Assembly: GCF_006345805.1 (NCBI RefSeq)
Contig: NC_043009.1
Location: forward strand, 68,634,001 to 68,698,000
Reading direction: 5' to 3'
DNA length: 64,000 nt
Source of the DNA: Octopus sinensis
Taxonomy: Eukaryota
The position numbers and the translations under genes are program-made. How positions within the stretch are numbered: position 1 is the first letter of the stretch; every line of letters begins with the position of its first letter. Shown here piece by piece: positions 1 to 14,062 of the stretch. The notes under the pieces were generated by a model. It was not told the DNA's origin. It searched no databases and was given only the letters and a program-made list of their open reading frames with translations.

Positions 1-229
1 AGGTAATGTGGACTCCTTCCCCACTCTGTAGAAAGCAGGATCCCAAGGTTTTCTGTGATTTTACGCTGGCTATGTCCACCTTCAATACAGCCTCATTGAA
101 ATTCAGGCAGTTCCAAGTGTGTGTGTAATCTTCTACAAAAATTTTTTATTACTTCTTAGCTCATAAATGAGCACAAAAAAACATTCTATACACGGAGTAT
201 TGTCTCCATAAAAAATTCTCATATGTTTA

Positions 230-286
<57 letters not shown>

Positions 287-1159
287 TACACATTATGTTT
301 ATGAATTTGTGTAGCAAAATTCCTAATGTGAAGTGTGTTGAAACAGATGTTGTATTTTGGGATGGTCAGGTTTTTTTTTTGTGCATGTGTCAAATAAACA
401 CATGCAATATAGAAAGGAATAAGCAGAGCAAGAGTGCACACAAAGACGGAAAGTGTCATCGAGGAGGTCACAGATGTGTGATGAAAGATTTCCAGACAAT
501 ATACAGGAGTTGGAATAAGAACAGTAAGAAACGAGTGAAGATTGAATATATGGTGTATGTGTTTATTTGGGAAAAAAAAAACGACCATCCTGAAATACAC
601 ACACACGCACACATACACAGCCATATACAAACCCATACACACACACAGATGTATATAATGCTTTTTGTTGTATCTTATACTTTAAGCCTAAGCTTTATTC
701 TTGTCCCCTTGTGTGAGAAGTGAAGATGCTTTCTCAAAGAGATTCTCCTAACAATAAAATTCTTTTTCAATTAACTTTGGCACAAACCATAAAATTCTTA
801 GATTTACCAAAACAAAGAAAAAAAAAAGTAATCAATTTGTTTTTCACCATATTTTTAATAGAAAAAAAAAATCACCTTACATAGCCCATACTTTGATAAT
901 GTGAAATATTTTAACTCATTTGAAGAATGCTATTAAGCTATGGACATAAATCAAGTCGATTAGATTAGTTTAAACATTAACAAAGGAGGATAAATTATTT
1001 GGAAGAAAACAATTTCTAAAAATATCTAAATCTACAAATGAACAATGATGAAACTGGATATAAATAAATGATGTGTAATACAAAGCCATATATGGTGTGA
1101 TAAAATGTCAAGAATAAATTTGGTAGAGAAAGTGGGCCTTCACTAAGATCCCTGGTGTT

Positions 1160-1455
1160 AAAGTGCATGGCTTAGTGGTTAGGGTATTTGACACATGAGC
1201 ATAAGGTTGTGAGTTCGATTCACAGCAGAACGTTGTGCCCTTGAGCAAAACAATATTACACATTGCTCCAGTCCCCTCAGCTGGCAAAAATGTGCTGTAC
1301 CTGTATTTCAAAGGACCGGTCTTGTCCTATTCTGTGTCACATTGAAATTCCCTGAGAACTATGTTAAAGGTATACACGTGTCTGTGGAGCACTCAGCCAC
1401 TTGCACATTAATTTCACAACTGGAACACTCATCTTCATGACTGACAGAGTGCCCA
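1160..1455 (+). mobile_element. tRNA-derived SINE (V-domain-like central motif)
   Basis: Box A-like TGGCTTAGTGGTTAG and box B-like GAGTTCGATTC, followed by GTGCCCTTGAGCAAAAC and TTGCTCCAGTC. Related heads lie at 14875 and 53218. Boundaries approximate. Confidence 0.7.
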
Positions 1456-2062
1456 GACAATACATTTCCCTTCATTTACGGTCTTCAGCCATCAAGAAAG
1501 ATGCTCAAAACTAAATAACCATAATCCAAATTACAACAGAAAAACTGTCAAAAGACTAAATGATGATGATTACCATCATCATCATCGTCCTAATTCAACC
1601 CTACCACAGCTGGAGTTAGTCTTTGGGACTCCATAATAGTCTTCATCATACTGGTCATTGCTGCCATTTTCAAAGCATTATTTTAAGGCCAGATGCCCTT
1701 CTTGACACCAGTGTTTCATAGTTAATACTAAGAGAATTCACTTTCCATCAAATAAAACTACAGCCCATACAGTAATAATAACAAATGTCAAGTATTCTTC
1801 CTACTAAAACAAAATCAGGTTTTGTAAAAATATTAATGATATATTCTGAAATCAGATGTGCTTGTAGATCAATAAACCGTGATGAATCTATGAAACAGAA
1901 ATACTGGAAACATCGAGTTTACTTCAACAAAGATCAAGTTTTTATCTGAACATGCTGCAACAACCAAAAATAACAATCGGCTTTTAAAATATTGTGTATG
2001 TTTTAAATTGAAACAAATGATACTGATTTACCTAAGAGATACTAGAAGCAAGTCAATCAATA

Positions 2063-2089
2063 GTGTGTGAGTGAGAGTGTGTGTGTGTG

Positions 2090-2144
<55 letters not shown>

Positions 2145-2188
2145 TCTGTCTGTGTGTGTGTGTGTATGTATATGCACACACACATACA
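2063..2188. repeat. (TG)n microsatellite
   Basis: Direct reading. One of many simple repeats, others being (TA)n at 230-270, (CT)n at 11902-11945 and (TG)n at 23963-24115. Confidence 0.95.
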
Positions 2189-4057
2189 CCAAAGAATTCA
2201 AATGAGCAATGTCAAGCCATAATTGGGTATGAGCCAAAGTACAGTATTGCTAAAGTTATTTTAAACCTAAACATTTGAAAGAAAGTACTCACTGTTCTAA
2301 AACAATATTGTTGATATAAATATTGTTTTCAATAACATTTCCACATTAGCCAGAATATTTGTGTGTGTGTGTGTTGATGTAATTAAATCAATTACTTTAT
2401 GAATCTCTTTAATATCTGCCCTCTTCCATTCACAACAGGGTAAATTAGATTTACTTCCCAACATTCTCACATTCTACTCCAAAGTTGGCTCTTCCTCAAT
2501 GCTGAATCTGAGGTTTATATTTCACATTTATAGGAATATTTTGTTAACACCAGCATCTAGTTTACTGTCACCAACTGCTTCTTCTCACTCATTATTTGGT
2601 ACGAGGCATTTCGGTGCTGCCTATTTGACACTGACTTATATTTAACACCAGATGCTATAATGCTTCTTTCGTTTTAATGCTTTTCTCTCCCCCACTCCAT
2701 CGATGAGTGTGAATATATCTGCCTTTATGTGTTTGAGGAACGGGAAAGTGTCCATGTCATGTTCAATTAATAAGTTGCAACGGCTCTCTTTTACTCTCCC
2801 ACTCGCTCCATTTGTGTCTGTGTGTTTGCCTCCAGTGCCAAAAAGTACTGTTGCCAAAACAGGTTCCGTGTCCAGTCAGCTGTACCTAATTACCAGCATC
2901 CAAACAGCCACACAGCAACTGTCTCATTCCATCGTTAAGCGCATCATCATTATCAGTATTTAATCAATTATTCACGTCATCTGTGGCAACACATGCTTGC
3001 AACCATCTTGAGCCAGCCCTGACCGGCAGAGATATGTAATTTTCATTACATTAAACTCAGTAAGCCTACCTGTAAATAGGTAATGTGGGGATGCACAACT
3101 CATAGCCATCGACATTAAGATGTACCAAATAATTAGAAATATTTGAACGATCTCAAATCTACAAATGGTTAATTGGAGAGGTGACAGACACCCCCAGGGC
3201 TAAATATAACAACCTAAGACATGCTAAAACAACAATGCTTCAAAAGTTGCTCTTGCGTTGACAGAAACAATCATCAATATGTTTAATGATGGGAAATAAA
3301 ACCAAGTATTTTAATAATGATATAACTCATGATAAAGGTATGGGAACACCCCCTCATTTGATGTCATCATTTCTGCAGAACACTTAAGACAGTATTCTGT
3401 CCTCGTTTTGTTCATTCAACACTATACACAACATAAAGCAAATAGGATTCTTTTTTTTCCCATACGTTTCACAAATTAGCTCATTTTTCAAAATACAATA
3501 CATTTGTCCTTCCCCCCTTGTTAATTATTTTAATGAAGTATTGTATTTCCTTAATGCAAATAAATGATCATGTGACCAAGAGTCATTTCCAGAAAGTTAC
3601 AATAGTAACCATGTACAATTTAACATGCACACAGAAATGAGTGGCAGTTAAAAGTTTAAAGAGAAGAATCGAATTGAATTGTGCTGTTAGAAGTTTATGG
3701 TAATTGGCTTGGTTTGCACAGTTATAAGCACCAAACTTTATCTTAGTTTTCCTCAGTAAATTTAACCTTCCGTAATTATATTTCCATGACCTCACTTTCA
3801 GGTGCACACAGCAGTTTCATTATACACAAAAAAAAAATGCTTCCCATGTCCAACCAATGCATATTCCATGGGAGAAATAAAAGACTATCGATAAATATAA
3901 GAACATGTGTTTGGTGTAACAGACAACCTTGTGTCATGAGAGCCAGAATCGGACATCTTCACTCTGTCTCTTATTTACAACTGCCACTGGACTCTGCATA
4001 GAAAGAAAGAAAGGTTATAAACCAAAGAAACCAGACATGAAAATCTTTCATACAAAC

Positions 4058-4199
4058 CTCTGTCGGTCTGCCCAGGAACCATAGTTGAAATCTGTATTTT
4101 TGCCACACTTCAGATCAAATCCAAAGCAAGGATATGTCCTTCTCACGATAACTTCACCATCTGCCAAATGTACTAACTCTGGTTCATGAGGGACTAAGC
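4058..4199 (-). CDS. BLTP1: BLTP1/KIAA1109 coding exon (most 3' exon found in the window)
   Basis: 142 bp, tattatttag|...|gtttgt, phase 1 to phase 2. Encodes (G)LVPHEPELVHLADGEVIVRRTYPCFGFDLKCGKNTDFNYGSWADRQ(R) (compare recalled PCWGLDIVCGKGTDFNYGPWADRQR). Confidence 0.95.
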
Positions 4200-5587
4200 C
4201 TAAATAATAGTAAAATTTAAAAAAAAACATTTCTAACTTTAGTACAAAGCCACACATTTTGAAGAAGGGTCATCAATATAATTCATTCAGTATCTTAATG
4301 TCCCTGAAAGTAGGAGAGGGAAAGTTGACCTCAATATGATTTGAACTCAGAATTTCAAGGGATAGAAGAGCACAAGGCATTTAGCCTAATATTACCACCA
4401 TTGCTGCTAATAAATTGCCTTTATAATTTAAGCACAAGGTCAGCAATTAGGAAGGGAGATGGCTAGTTGGTTATATCAGCCCCAGTATCTGTCTGGTACT
4501 TTATGAACTTCAGAGGGATAAAATGCAACATTGACTTCAGTGAGATGTGAACACAGAACAGCAAGAACTGGAATAAATAGCCAAGTCATTTTCTTCTGAC
4601 ACTAATCCATTCTAACAACTCATTGGCCTTTTAATAAAATCAATTTGCAATATAAACTCACCTCAGAATCATAGTCAAATGAATTTAAAAGGTAAACATC
4701 AACCAGATGAGACTTTGGCATTTCATAGTATCACAGAGGCTGCATTGTGTACATATAAAGCCACAAGGGCTAAGTCCACCTTGCTCTCTGCAAGTGACAA
4801 GTGTTTCCTTGGACTGATGCAGGAGTTCAGTTTTTGCCATGGAAAAGCTACTTTTGATAGAGTTCAAAGGAAACATTGCTTCATTCATTTATCGTTATGA
4901 AAACTGTAGTTGATTACCAGCCCTTAAAATTGATTGTAATTCAGGGGAAATTAGAACACACTACTTCAGATTTACAAACATGTAAAATAAAGTTATTCTC
5001 ATCGGTCTTTCTTTCTTGAGGATATCAGTAATACAACTGAAAAAGTATTAGCCAGGGAATCAAAATTTGAAAGTGTATTTAGTTCTTTAAGAACTTACAG
5101 CCATATCGTAGCACCCAGCTCAACCGAATGATGCCATAGGTTTTGCATTTCTAATTCTCCCAGGACTCTCAGCAACAAGAAATAATATTCTGTTGCTTTT
5201 CCCTTTTGATTAAAATTCCCTTCAAAATCAGGAACACATTAGTTAAGGCTGCTCAGAAAGCCACAGAAGATATTTGGGTCAGTCAAGTCTTTCCACTCCC
5301 CATTACCACTGCACTTTCTTTCAGAGTTTGACTAACAAGAGGCTTCACTCTTATTTCATAGTTGAGTAACATGATGAACATTAAGAAGGGTTTTGAACTG
5401 TAAAACCAATTGCTCAAAGAATACGTGCAAAGCATTAAAATTTTACAACTGTCTTATTAATCAAAGTCATACTAACAATCCTTTCACTACGTGAGATCAA
5501 TACAACAAATTAACGAGAAACTGATTGGATTGGATAATTAAATTATTAGTCATGATGGGGCAGAATTAGGATTAGTGAAACACCTAC

Positions 5588-5667
5588 CTGGTTCATCCAT
5601 ATAATAATACATTTCAACATCTCTAGACTGAAGCACCACAAATCCCTCACCCATGTTGCGAGGAGGT
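5588..5667 (-). CDS. BLTP1: BLTP1/KIAA1109 coding exon
   Basis: 80 bp, ttccttttag|...|gtaggt, phase 2 to phase 1. Encodes PPRNMGEGFVVLQSRDVEMYYYMDEP(G) (compare recalled PPRLMGEGFVVMQSNDVDIYYYMDEPG). Too short to appear in the ORF track. Confidence 0.95.
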
Positions 5668-6659
5668 CTAAAAGGAAAACAAAGCAGAAAGAATCGGTTC
5701 AGCTTTAAGAATATGCCATGAAAGTTTTAAGACAAGAATTTTAGAGGAAAGGATATGGAGTGGGGGGGGGGGATATTAACTCTTAATCTTTTCTAAGAGT
5801 ATTAATGATTTACACTATTACAGCTCTTGGAAAATTATGAGTGACATTAGTTAACATTTTCTTTCATAAGTTAGTCAGAGGCCAATGACCTCTAAGACTG
5901 GTGAAACTGATGTCACTGTTCAATCTGAACAATGGCTACAACCAAAGATATCAAAATAGACTCATGGGGTCAGGTTACTAATAAGTCTATCTACTTGAAA
6001 ATATTTGACAAACATGCATTAAAAACACCCCATTATCGATAATTAGGTGCTAGATCAATTATTTCCATTTATTCATTTCCTGAGTAGAATTGTCGATTGA
6101 ACTGATATCAGTTTATTATAATTGCAACCTATTTAATCAGGGAACATTTGAAGGTAACATCAACCCCCCAACAGAAACTGAACCCTCAATAGTCCCAAAC
6201 TAATTACAAGCAAGGCATTTGCTCCACTGCCTTGGCTATTTTCACCACACTAACAAAAAAAGAGACTCATTATAATCTTAACAATGAATAATTGCAGCAT
6301 CGTGCTATCTTAAAAGAAAATTCAGGCAATTATCTATTGATTTTAATATGGATGGTGAGGAGGCCAAATAAAGCAATTTTTGATTTCTTTCTGACATGAA
6401 AAATAGAAAGCATATCAAGATAAATTAATGGGTTTTTCTTTTATAAAGTAACAATTATTTTATATTTATAACAGATCTTTGCAAAAATTCTTTTTTTCAT
6501 TTTATATATATTTTTTTTGAAAAGCTGCATTTCAATTTTATGAAGTATTAATTTCCTTAAAATACTAATCAATATAAATGTAATAGCAGAATAATTTGCA
6601 CTAAAGAGCAAGGAGGATGTTCAGAAAAGAGAAAAAAAACCATTAAACAGACAACTCAC

Positions 6660-6850
6660 ACATCAATGGGGCCGTTGTATTTAGGGCTGGGCACCAACAT
6701 AACTCGTGCATTTTCAGCTCGACACTTCATTACGTGCATGAACTGATCAAACGGTGTAGAGGCAGGTTTTGTTGTATATACAATATGAGCTTCATCAAAA
6801 TTTACAGTTAATGTAGTAGGAATGAGGTAATTCCCAAAAATTATTCTAGC
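6660..6850 (-). CDS. BLTP1: BLTP1/KIAA1109 coding exon
   Basis: 191 bp, ttttccag|...|gtgagt, phase 0 to phase 2. Encodes ARIIFGNYLIPTTLTVNFDEAHIVYTTKPASTPFDQFMHVMKCRAENARVMLVPSPKYNGPID(V) (compare recalled YTTKPPSSHLDQFMHIVKGKLENVRVMLVPSPRY). Confidence 0.95.
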
Positions 6851-7117
6851 CTGGAAAACAAAAAGAGGGGAAAAAAACATTATTTTGATATAATCATCAT
6901 CATCATCATCATCATCATAACATCCACTTTTCTGTGTTCACATGGGCCAGAGAGAGTTTGTTGAGGTAGATTGGCCAAATGCCCTTCCAATCACCAGTAC
7001 TCACTTTCCAGGTAAGGTGGTATTTCCCAATGAGAAGACAAGTTTTCAAAAATATTGGAAATGAATGACATCCACTAGCATAACATCAACACTCATTTAC
7101 AACAATCATGTGATGTC

Positions 7118-7385
7118 GTGCTGGCCTGACTGGCTCCCGTGCCAGTGGCATGTAAAAAGCATCATTCAAGTGTGATCGATGCCAGTAACACCTGACTGGC
7201 CCTCATGCTGGTGGCACATAAAAAGCACCCACTACACTCTCAGAGTGGTTGGCATTAGGAAAGGCATCCAGCTGTAGAAACCTTGCCAGATCAGACTGGA
7301 GCTTGGTACAGCCTTCTGGCTTGCCAGTCCTCAGTCAAACTGTCTAACCCATGCCAACATGGAAAATAGACATTAAACGATGATA
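7118..7385 (+). mobile_element. RTE LINE 3' UTR/tail fragment
   Basis: GTGCCAGTGGCATGTAAAAAGCA...ACTACACTCTCAGAGTGGTTGGCATTAGGAAAGGCATCCAGCTGTAGAAAC...CCCATGCCAACATGGAAAATAGACATTAAACGATGAT. The same motif lies in the 3' UTR of the RTE copy at 33530-34715. Confidence 0.75.
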
Positions 7386-7490
7386 TCACACACACACACA
7401 CAGAGAGAGAGAGAGGCTTCTTTCAGTTTCCCTCTTCCAAATCCACTCACAAGGCTTTGACCAATCCTGGGCAGAGAGAGAACTGAGTTG

Positions 7491-7521
<31 letters not shown>

Positions 7522-8515
7522 CTTGATATTCTGTTACTTATTTTGATTTTATTCACCTACTTTAGGCTGTGCGCATAATATCGTACTGACTTGGTGCTTC
7601 AACTTAAGTACCTAATTCAACTTATATCTATCGTCATTTAACGACTGGCTTCCATGCTAGCACATGAGAACACTTGTATCTTGTAGTCCCAGTGCTGAAA
7701 TTAAAGAAAAATTATTTTTAGAAGCTGTTATCTCTAAATGAATAAGCTATAAAGAATAGCAGCAACTTGGTGTGTTCAGCTACAAGCCAAGAGGGACAAA
7801 CTGTCAAAGCATCAGTCGCTCTGTGGCAAGTTTGTGGTCAAGCCTGTAACAGTGGAGACCCTCTGTGTTTTCAGTCCCCACACCGCATCCCCGCTCACCA
7901 ATGATTGGGACAGATATGGCTAACCACAAATATGAGCCCCGTGACTTGGAGTAAATGTTCTAGCACATCTCCCTTGCCATCCCCCAGGGCAACGTTTTTT
8001 CCGTTTATATATTTGTTGTGCAAGATTTTTTATGTGAAGTCGTGTGTTGAAACAGACATTGTTGTATTTCGGAATGGTCATTTTGCCAGTTTAGCCAATA
8101 AAAACAACGTCTTTTCCATTTTGTCCATTAGGACTGTGATGTGGACCGACAAACCTTTCAAGATATTTCTTTGTTGTGAAGAAGAGGAAAGATATGATGA
8201 TTTAGGCAGGGCCCCTTGTCAAAGTCACAGGCTGCCCATTGGACACAAGCCCACATCTCCTGTGTCAGTTAACAACATTGAAAAAAACGTGTTCTCTCTC
8301 GAAAGAATGGCTTTGTTCAAGGTATCATATTCTTGTCTCCTTATGGCATATGAACTTAATCCAGATTTGCAAGTTTTATGAAATTGTCTTTTGCCAATCA
8401 GACCAACACTGGTCTCCACAGGATCTTGTTTGGAAATATAAAAAGTTAAATACTATCTTTTTTTTTTTTATGGAGAAAAATTTAAAATAAAACAAAACAG
8501 AGTTTTTATACTCAC

Positions 8516-8585
8516 AGAATTAATGTCTACTTTTATCACAGGTATTAAATCTCTCCAGTGAAGAGATCTTTTTGGTTCTACATTG
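8516..8585 (-). CDS. BLTP1: BLTP1/KIAA1109 coding exon
   Basis: 70 bp, ctttctgttgcag|...|gtgagt, phase 2 to phase 0. Encodes NVEPKRSLHWRDLIPVIKVDINS (compare recalled WRSLIPVIKVNVST). Confidence 0.93.
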
Positions 8586-10019
8586 CTGCAACAGAAAGAG
8601 AAAAACAATGCTAGAGAGAGGGAAAGAGATCGGCACAAAAAGAAAAGAAAATACAAGAAAGTTACTTGATTTTACATCTGTAGCAAACAACAATGTGTAC
8701 AGGAGTACATGTGACCATGTGTGTGTGACTCCATGTAGAATATTAAAAACTAACAATGAAAACAAAGATATTTCAACTCAAAGTTATGGATGTGAATCAT
8801 AATTTGAATATAACAGTCAATTTAGCAGGCAGGTGTTAAAACAACAACAGAGTTTGTGTTCGTTTAAAATAGCTTCAAAACAAAACATTAGCTGGAATTA
8901 GTGTTGATGATGAGCAAAGAAAAACAATAAAGTAATGATGGGTCAAAACAATATTTGTTTTAAGTATTACCACAAGTAAGTTATACCTGATGTGCACAGG
9001 CAGGGCTGGTGACTGAAAAATCTACTTTTGCAACTATATGGTCCCAAGTTCAATCCCACAACACAGACATTGACTAAGTGGTTGGCTGATCAATACCTTC
9101 TCAACAATTTGATAGGAAAAAAAAACTATGTAGAAATCAGGCAGAATCATTAGCACAACTCTTTATATTTTGAGTTCAAATTCTAATGAAGTCGACTTTG
9201 CCTGTCATCATTTTGACGTCAATAACATAAATACCAGTTGAATGCTGGGGTTGATGTAATTGACTAACCCCCTCGTCCCACAAACTGCTGGCCTTGTGCC
9301 AAAATTTGAAACCATTATTAGAGGTAATAGCTTCATGAATCAACTCTGATTGAAGAGATCTATGGCTTGAGACATTGCAACCATGACCATCCCAACTTTG
9401 GAAGTATATATATATAGGACAACATTGTCTCATTACTCTTTCCTTTCAGGTGATATGGTAGTGATGGGTGTAATCTGAAGGTGATATGGCTGCTATTTCT
9501 AACAGGTTGAGTGACTACAAAGATGTGCCTCGTTGACTCAGAAAAATCACATTAAATTGGTTGAAAAGTATAAACTTTTTTACTCAGTAAACTAACAAGA
9601 GCAATTCCTTAACGATACTTTGGAAAATAATTTCGGGGAAATGAGCAAGAGACAGGCGCATTCTTCATGTTTTTTTTTCTTTAGTATAATTAACAATTAG
9701 TGTAATTAACAATAGTATGAACTACTTCATCAAGGAATTGAATTGCATTATATACCCACTACATATGCCAAAGAAGGAGCCTCTACATTGTCACTCATGT
9801 TGCTAAAAATAATGACCTAATTCCCTTTAAATTGCATGTCTTTTACCTTAAAAAAATGAAGGACATATTGGACAATGCATTTCCCAAACCATGTACAAAA
9901 ATAAGGGATAGTCATGGTTGGAATGCCTTTGAACATAGGTCTGCTCTATCAGGAGTAACAATGTTTCCGATGTATTAAAAAAGAAGCTTTGGTAGGCAGA
10001 GTTACAGATTTTTCACAGA

Positions 10020-10665
10020 GGTTGTGATCCCCGTGCCAGTGGCACATAAAAATCACCATCGGAATGTGGCCAAAGCCAGGGCTGCCTTGACTGGCTTCCA
10101 TGCTGGTGGCACATAAAAAGCACCCACTACACTCTCGGAGTGGTAGGCATTAGGAATGGCAACCAGCTGTAGAAACACTGCCAGATCAGACTGGAGCCTG
10201 GTGCAGCCTCCTGGCTTCCCAGACCCCAGTCGAACCGTCCAACCCATGCCAGCATGGAAAACAGGTGATGATGATGATGATGATGTGGCTCACAGAAACA
10301 AACACACGCACACACATACATAACTGTTTTTGGCTTTATTTCATTTCCTCTCAGACTTATCTTTGTGCAATTTACTGTAAGTAGTCAGACACACATCTTT
10401 TTTGAACTGAAGCTGCTTGATGACCTCACTGGTACTGGTACCACATAAAAAAGCACCCATCCTGGTGCCATGTAGAAAAGTACCTGTGCTGGTGTCACAT
10501 AAAAAAGCATCCATTTCACTCTGTAAACTGTTTGGCATTAGGAAGGACATCCAGCAGTAGAAAGCATGTCAAAACAGACAACTGGAGCCTGGTGCAGCGG
10601 GCCAGCCCTAGTGAAACCCTCCAACCCATGCCAGCATGGAAAACGGACATTAAATGATGATGATA
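10020..10665 (+). mobile_element. Two tandem RTE 3'-tail fragments (about 10020-10285 and 10428-10665)
   Basis: Each contains the GGCATTAGGAAGGGCATCCAGC...CCCATGCCAGCATGGAAA core and ends in (TGA)n. Confidence 0.75.
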
Positions 10666-10902
10666 TCATTACCAATCTAATACTAGTGACAGTAATTGTT
10701 TTTTAATAGACAAGAGGTCAGTTTTTTTTTTAAAAAAAGAGAACTATAAAGGTGAGATCTTCATGCCTGGTGTAGGTCGAACAAATGAAAACCAAGAATC
10801 AAAATTAACCCAAGAAACACAATTGAGCAGTTTGGTAACAAACCAATCAATTCCATTCCATGGTATTCGGAACAGCTGTAAGAGCGGTTGGACCTGACTT
10901 AC

Positions 10903-11080
10903 TTTTTATTATCTTCTATAGTTTCGACACCGGTATCTTCTTCTTTCTCCTCTTCAGGAATCATGTCTGGTTCCAAACCAAAGAGTTTCTCCAGTAAAGA
11001 ATACCGAAACGATCGATTATAAACATGAAATTCAAAACCTTCCAAGAATAATGATAACCGAGTTTCACAATGAGATAAAT
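10903..11080 (-). CDS. BLTP1: BLTP1/KIAA1109 coding exon
   Basis: 178 bp, ttttcag|...|gtaagt, phase 1 to phase 2. Encodes (D)LSHCETRLSLFLEGFEFHVYNRSFRYSLLEKLFGLEPDMIPEEEKEEDTGVETIEDNK(N); the ETRL...FEFHVYNRS...LFGLEP motif is KIAA1109-like. This frame is missing from the ORF track. Confidence 0.95.
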
Positions 11081-11184
11081 CTGAAAAGAGAAAAGAAAGG
11101 GAAAAAGGTATTTGTTTAAAGAGAATTCAGTGAGGTTGGCTGCAGAACAATGTATATATATTGGTGAAATATTCAATGGTTGAA

Positions 11185-11600
11185 GGAGAGAGAGAGACAG
11201 CGAGGGAGAGAGAGGGAGAGAGAGGGGAGAGAGTGATAGAGAGAGAGAGGGAGATAGAGAGAGGAAGAGAAAGAGAGAGAGAGAGGGACAGACAGACAGA
11301 CAGAGAGAAAGAGAGAGAGAGAGGGGAACCAGAGAGGGAGAGAGAGAAAGAGTGTAACAAAGAAAGTGTGTGTGTGTGTGTGTGTGTAACAGAGAGAGAG
11401 AAACATTGTAACAGAGAGAGTGCGTGTGTGTAACAGAGAGAGAGAAAGAGAGATAATGGAACACAGAGAGAGAGAGAGAGAGATATAGTGGAACACAGAG
11501 AGAGTGGAACACAGAGAGAGTGGAACACAGAGAGAGTGGAACAGAGGGAGAGAGTGTGGAACAGCAAAAGAGAAGGGAAGGGAGAGAGAGACAAACAGAC
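11185..11600. repeat. Compound (GA)n/(GT)n simple repeat with about 17-bp GAGAGTGGAACACAGA units
   Basis: Direct reading. It explains four spurious ORFs in the track. Confidence 0.9.
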
Positions 11601-11899
11601 AGCTTTAGAGAAAATTGTATTAGAAAATCAGAAAGAAATAAGAAAGGAAATGTGTTGAAGTGATTTTAAGTATGTTTTATGGAGAGAAATCTTCTATGTG
11701 GTAAACCTTGAGACAATATTGCCAAATGTCCTGGCAGCAGCAGGAGAACCAAACAATATTGTTTGCATGAGTATTTTAATTTTCAAAACACAGACACATA
11801 TAGAGGCATATACAGATTTTTAGATGAACAAAACAAAGAATATACGACTCAATATGTTCGGTTGAGGTTTTAAGAATTTACTAACAGGGTAACTCAGCA

Positions 11900-11954
<55 letters not shown>

Positions 11955-13344
11955 AAAAAGCACCCAGTACACTCTGTAAAGTGTTTAGCATTAAGAAGGG
12001 CCTCCAACTGTAGAATCCTTGCCAAAAGAGACAATTGGAGAATGGAGCAGCTCTCCAGCAGCTGTCAAACAGTCCAACCCATGGCAGCATAGAAAAAATG
12101 GTGTTAAATAAAGATGATAAAACACATATACTGTCTGTCTATCTGCGTGTATGTATGCATACACACACACACACACACACTTTGAAGTTAAGTATCAACA
12201 TTAAAAAAAAAAATTGTTTCTATAATCTTGTAACTATTTCCTTTTATTTCTGCTTCCAGTGAAGTGGTGGCGAAGATGGTTGAATGGTTAGTGTTCCATT
12301 GAAAGAAAAATGATAATGAAGTGGAACCAATAAAAACAGAATTCATAAATCAAAGTTCTAATATAGCTTTCGAAAACAGAAATCAATTAAAAAAAAAAAA
12401 AAAAAAGCATCCACAGCTACACACAAAACAAACACAAGCAGATACTCTATCTGACCTACCCAACATTTTCAAAATGTTTTGCATTTAAAAAGTGTGAAAA
12501 AAAAAAATGTAGAAAATTGATCAGCTGACTAACCAGACTTAAAAGTATAAAAATAATTTCTTTTTAGTTTTTCAGCTGTAAGTATAAACAGGAAGAACAT
12601 GAGAGATTTATTTTATATATATATATATATATATGAAGTATCAATTTATTTTTTATTGAATCAATTTATTTTTTATTGTTCCTCTTAATTTTGGAGCATT
12701 TGATGAAATATATTTGGGGTGGAATCAGGGTGAGATTGGCAAAATGGCTTTGTATGTTTTTTTCTGATCCAGCAATTTTATATTTTATCTATTTATGTTT
12801 TTAACTTTTCTCTCCATAATAGAAAATATATAATTATCTTATCCTTAATTTTAAGCCGATATTCCAGTGAAGATTTTGCACACAATGGATATAGGCTTTC
12901 CTCCATGGAATCATACACATTAACAACAATTTCATCAACTATTTTGTTTCTTGTTTGTTTGTTTTTTTTTTTCAATTTCTTCCCCCCCCCCCATATTTAG
13001 CATTAACCATAATAACCTCGACCCAGCACTGCTATCTTCCACTGCAAATTAGATACACGATCTTTATATGGTTAGCCAGGCTACTAGAAATAGCAGCCAA
13101 ATTTACCTCAAAAAACACATCTTAAAAAAGCAACAATATATTGGATGATCTAGTCCTAGCTATGCTATACATGAAATAATGATGGACGTTGGTCATGGCT
13201 GGTATACCTGTCATCAAGAATCTGCTTGAGCAGAACTGATCTAGGGACAAACATCAACTAGAATAGCAAGATGATGGCCCTCATTCTACCCACCAGAAGA
13301 GGGCTGCAGACCAGCCATGGCTTAACTGATACTGTCGCTGTTGT

Positions 13345-13670
13345 TATAGTTGAGAGAAAAAAATATTTCAAGGACACTCAAAGCCTCACTGAACAGCTTC
13401 GAGATCAACCCTGGACACCTGAAAAATGCAAGCACAAGACCACCTTGGCTGGCAAAGTTGTACCAACAGAAGTTTCCACCTCCTGTGAATAGAATCGGAT
13501 TGCAAGGGCACAAAGACATGAACTACCCAAGTCTAGAGCCAACTCCTTGCCTCCAGTCTCAACAGACTACCAGTGCCCCATCTGTGGGCAAAACCTTCAC
13601 AGCACACAATGTGACCCATCGTCTTCTCGAATGGTCATTGTCAACAACAACAGATGAACTAATAATGAGT
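13345..13670 (+). mobile_element. Decayed 3' end of a second RTE-clade LINE family
   Basis: Frameshifted translation gives KKYFKDT/LKASLNSFEINP...NRIARAQRHELPKSRANSLPPVSTDYQCPICG/KTFTAH..THR. This resembles the RTE C-terminus (KRFKDTLKASLK...CPxCxRxF...THR). Confidence 0.65.
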
Positions 13671-14062
13671 AGTAGTAGTAGTTGTTGTTGTTGTTGTTGT
13701 TAGCATTGCAGTCATAGACAATGAGGTGCTGTTAAATGGTTGGTCTTCAAGTCACCAAGAAACAAAAAGTCCACACACAAATATACACACACAATGACTT
13801 CTGGCTTAAGCACAATGGCTTTTGTGCCTTTCTGTCTGTTTTTACAGTATCGTTGGTACAATAATGAAGAGCCTCAAAAGTCACAATACAAATTTCATCG
13901 ATATTATCCAAATACTTATCACTCAAATACACGCCACAAAGGTAAACGTTGTAAAACATCGAACTGAACTCTCCTTCTAACCATTGTCGTCATTCTGCTC
14001 TCAAAGCCAAACAAAGCAAAAAATAGAAATACTAAATCTAATTACCAGGACAGGCAGATTAA

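Noticed and set aside
133-723. Overlapping 166-169 aa ORFs, and similar ORFs at 10961-11594, 23915-24163, 26000-27130 and 52089-52429
   Set aside because: They are translations of (TA)n, (CA)n and (GA)n microsatellites (YIYI, HTHT, SLSL runs) with no protein-family motifs.
1160-1240. tRNA genes suggested by box A/box B motifs (also at 14400, 14880, 48420 and 50690)
   Set aside because: No complete cloverleaf or acceptor stem; each motif continues into a SINE-like body.
2640-3000. Repeat-free segment with overlapping 71 and 86 aa ORFs, considered as the next BLTP1 exon or a conserved element
   Set aside because: It does not encode the expected LWKFFxP continuation, and conservation cannot be judged from one sequence.
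7905-8490. 158-aa ORF next to a BLTP1 exon
   Set aside because: Part of it is a dispersed repeat also seen at 325-370, and it has no recognisable domain or splice support.
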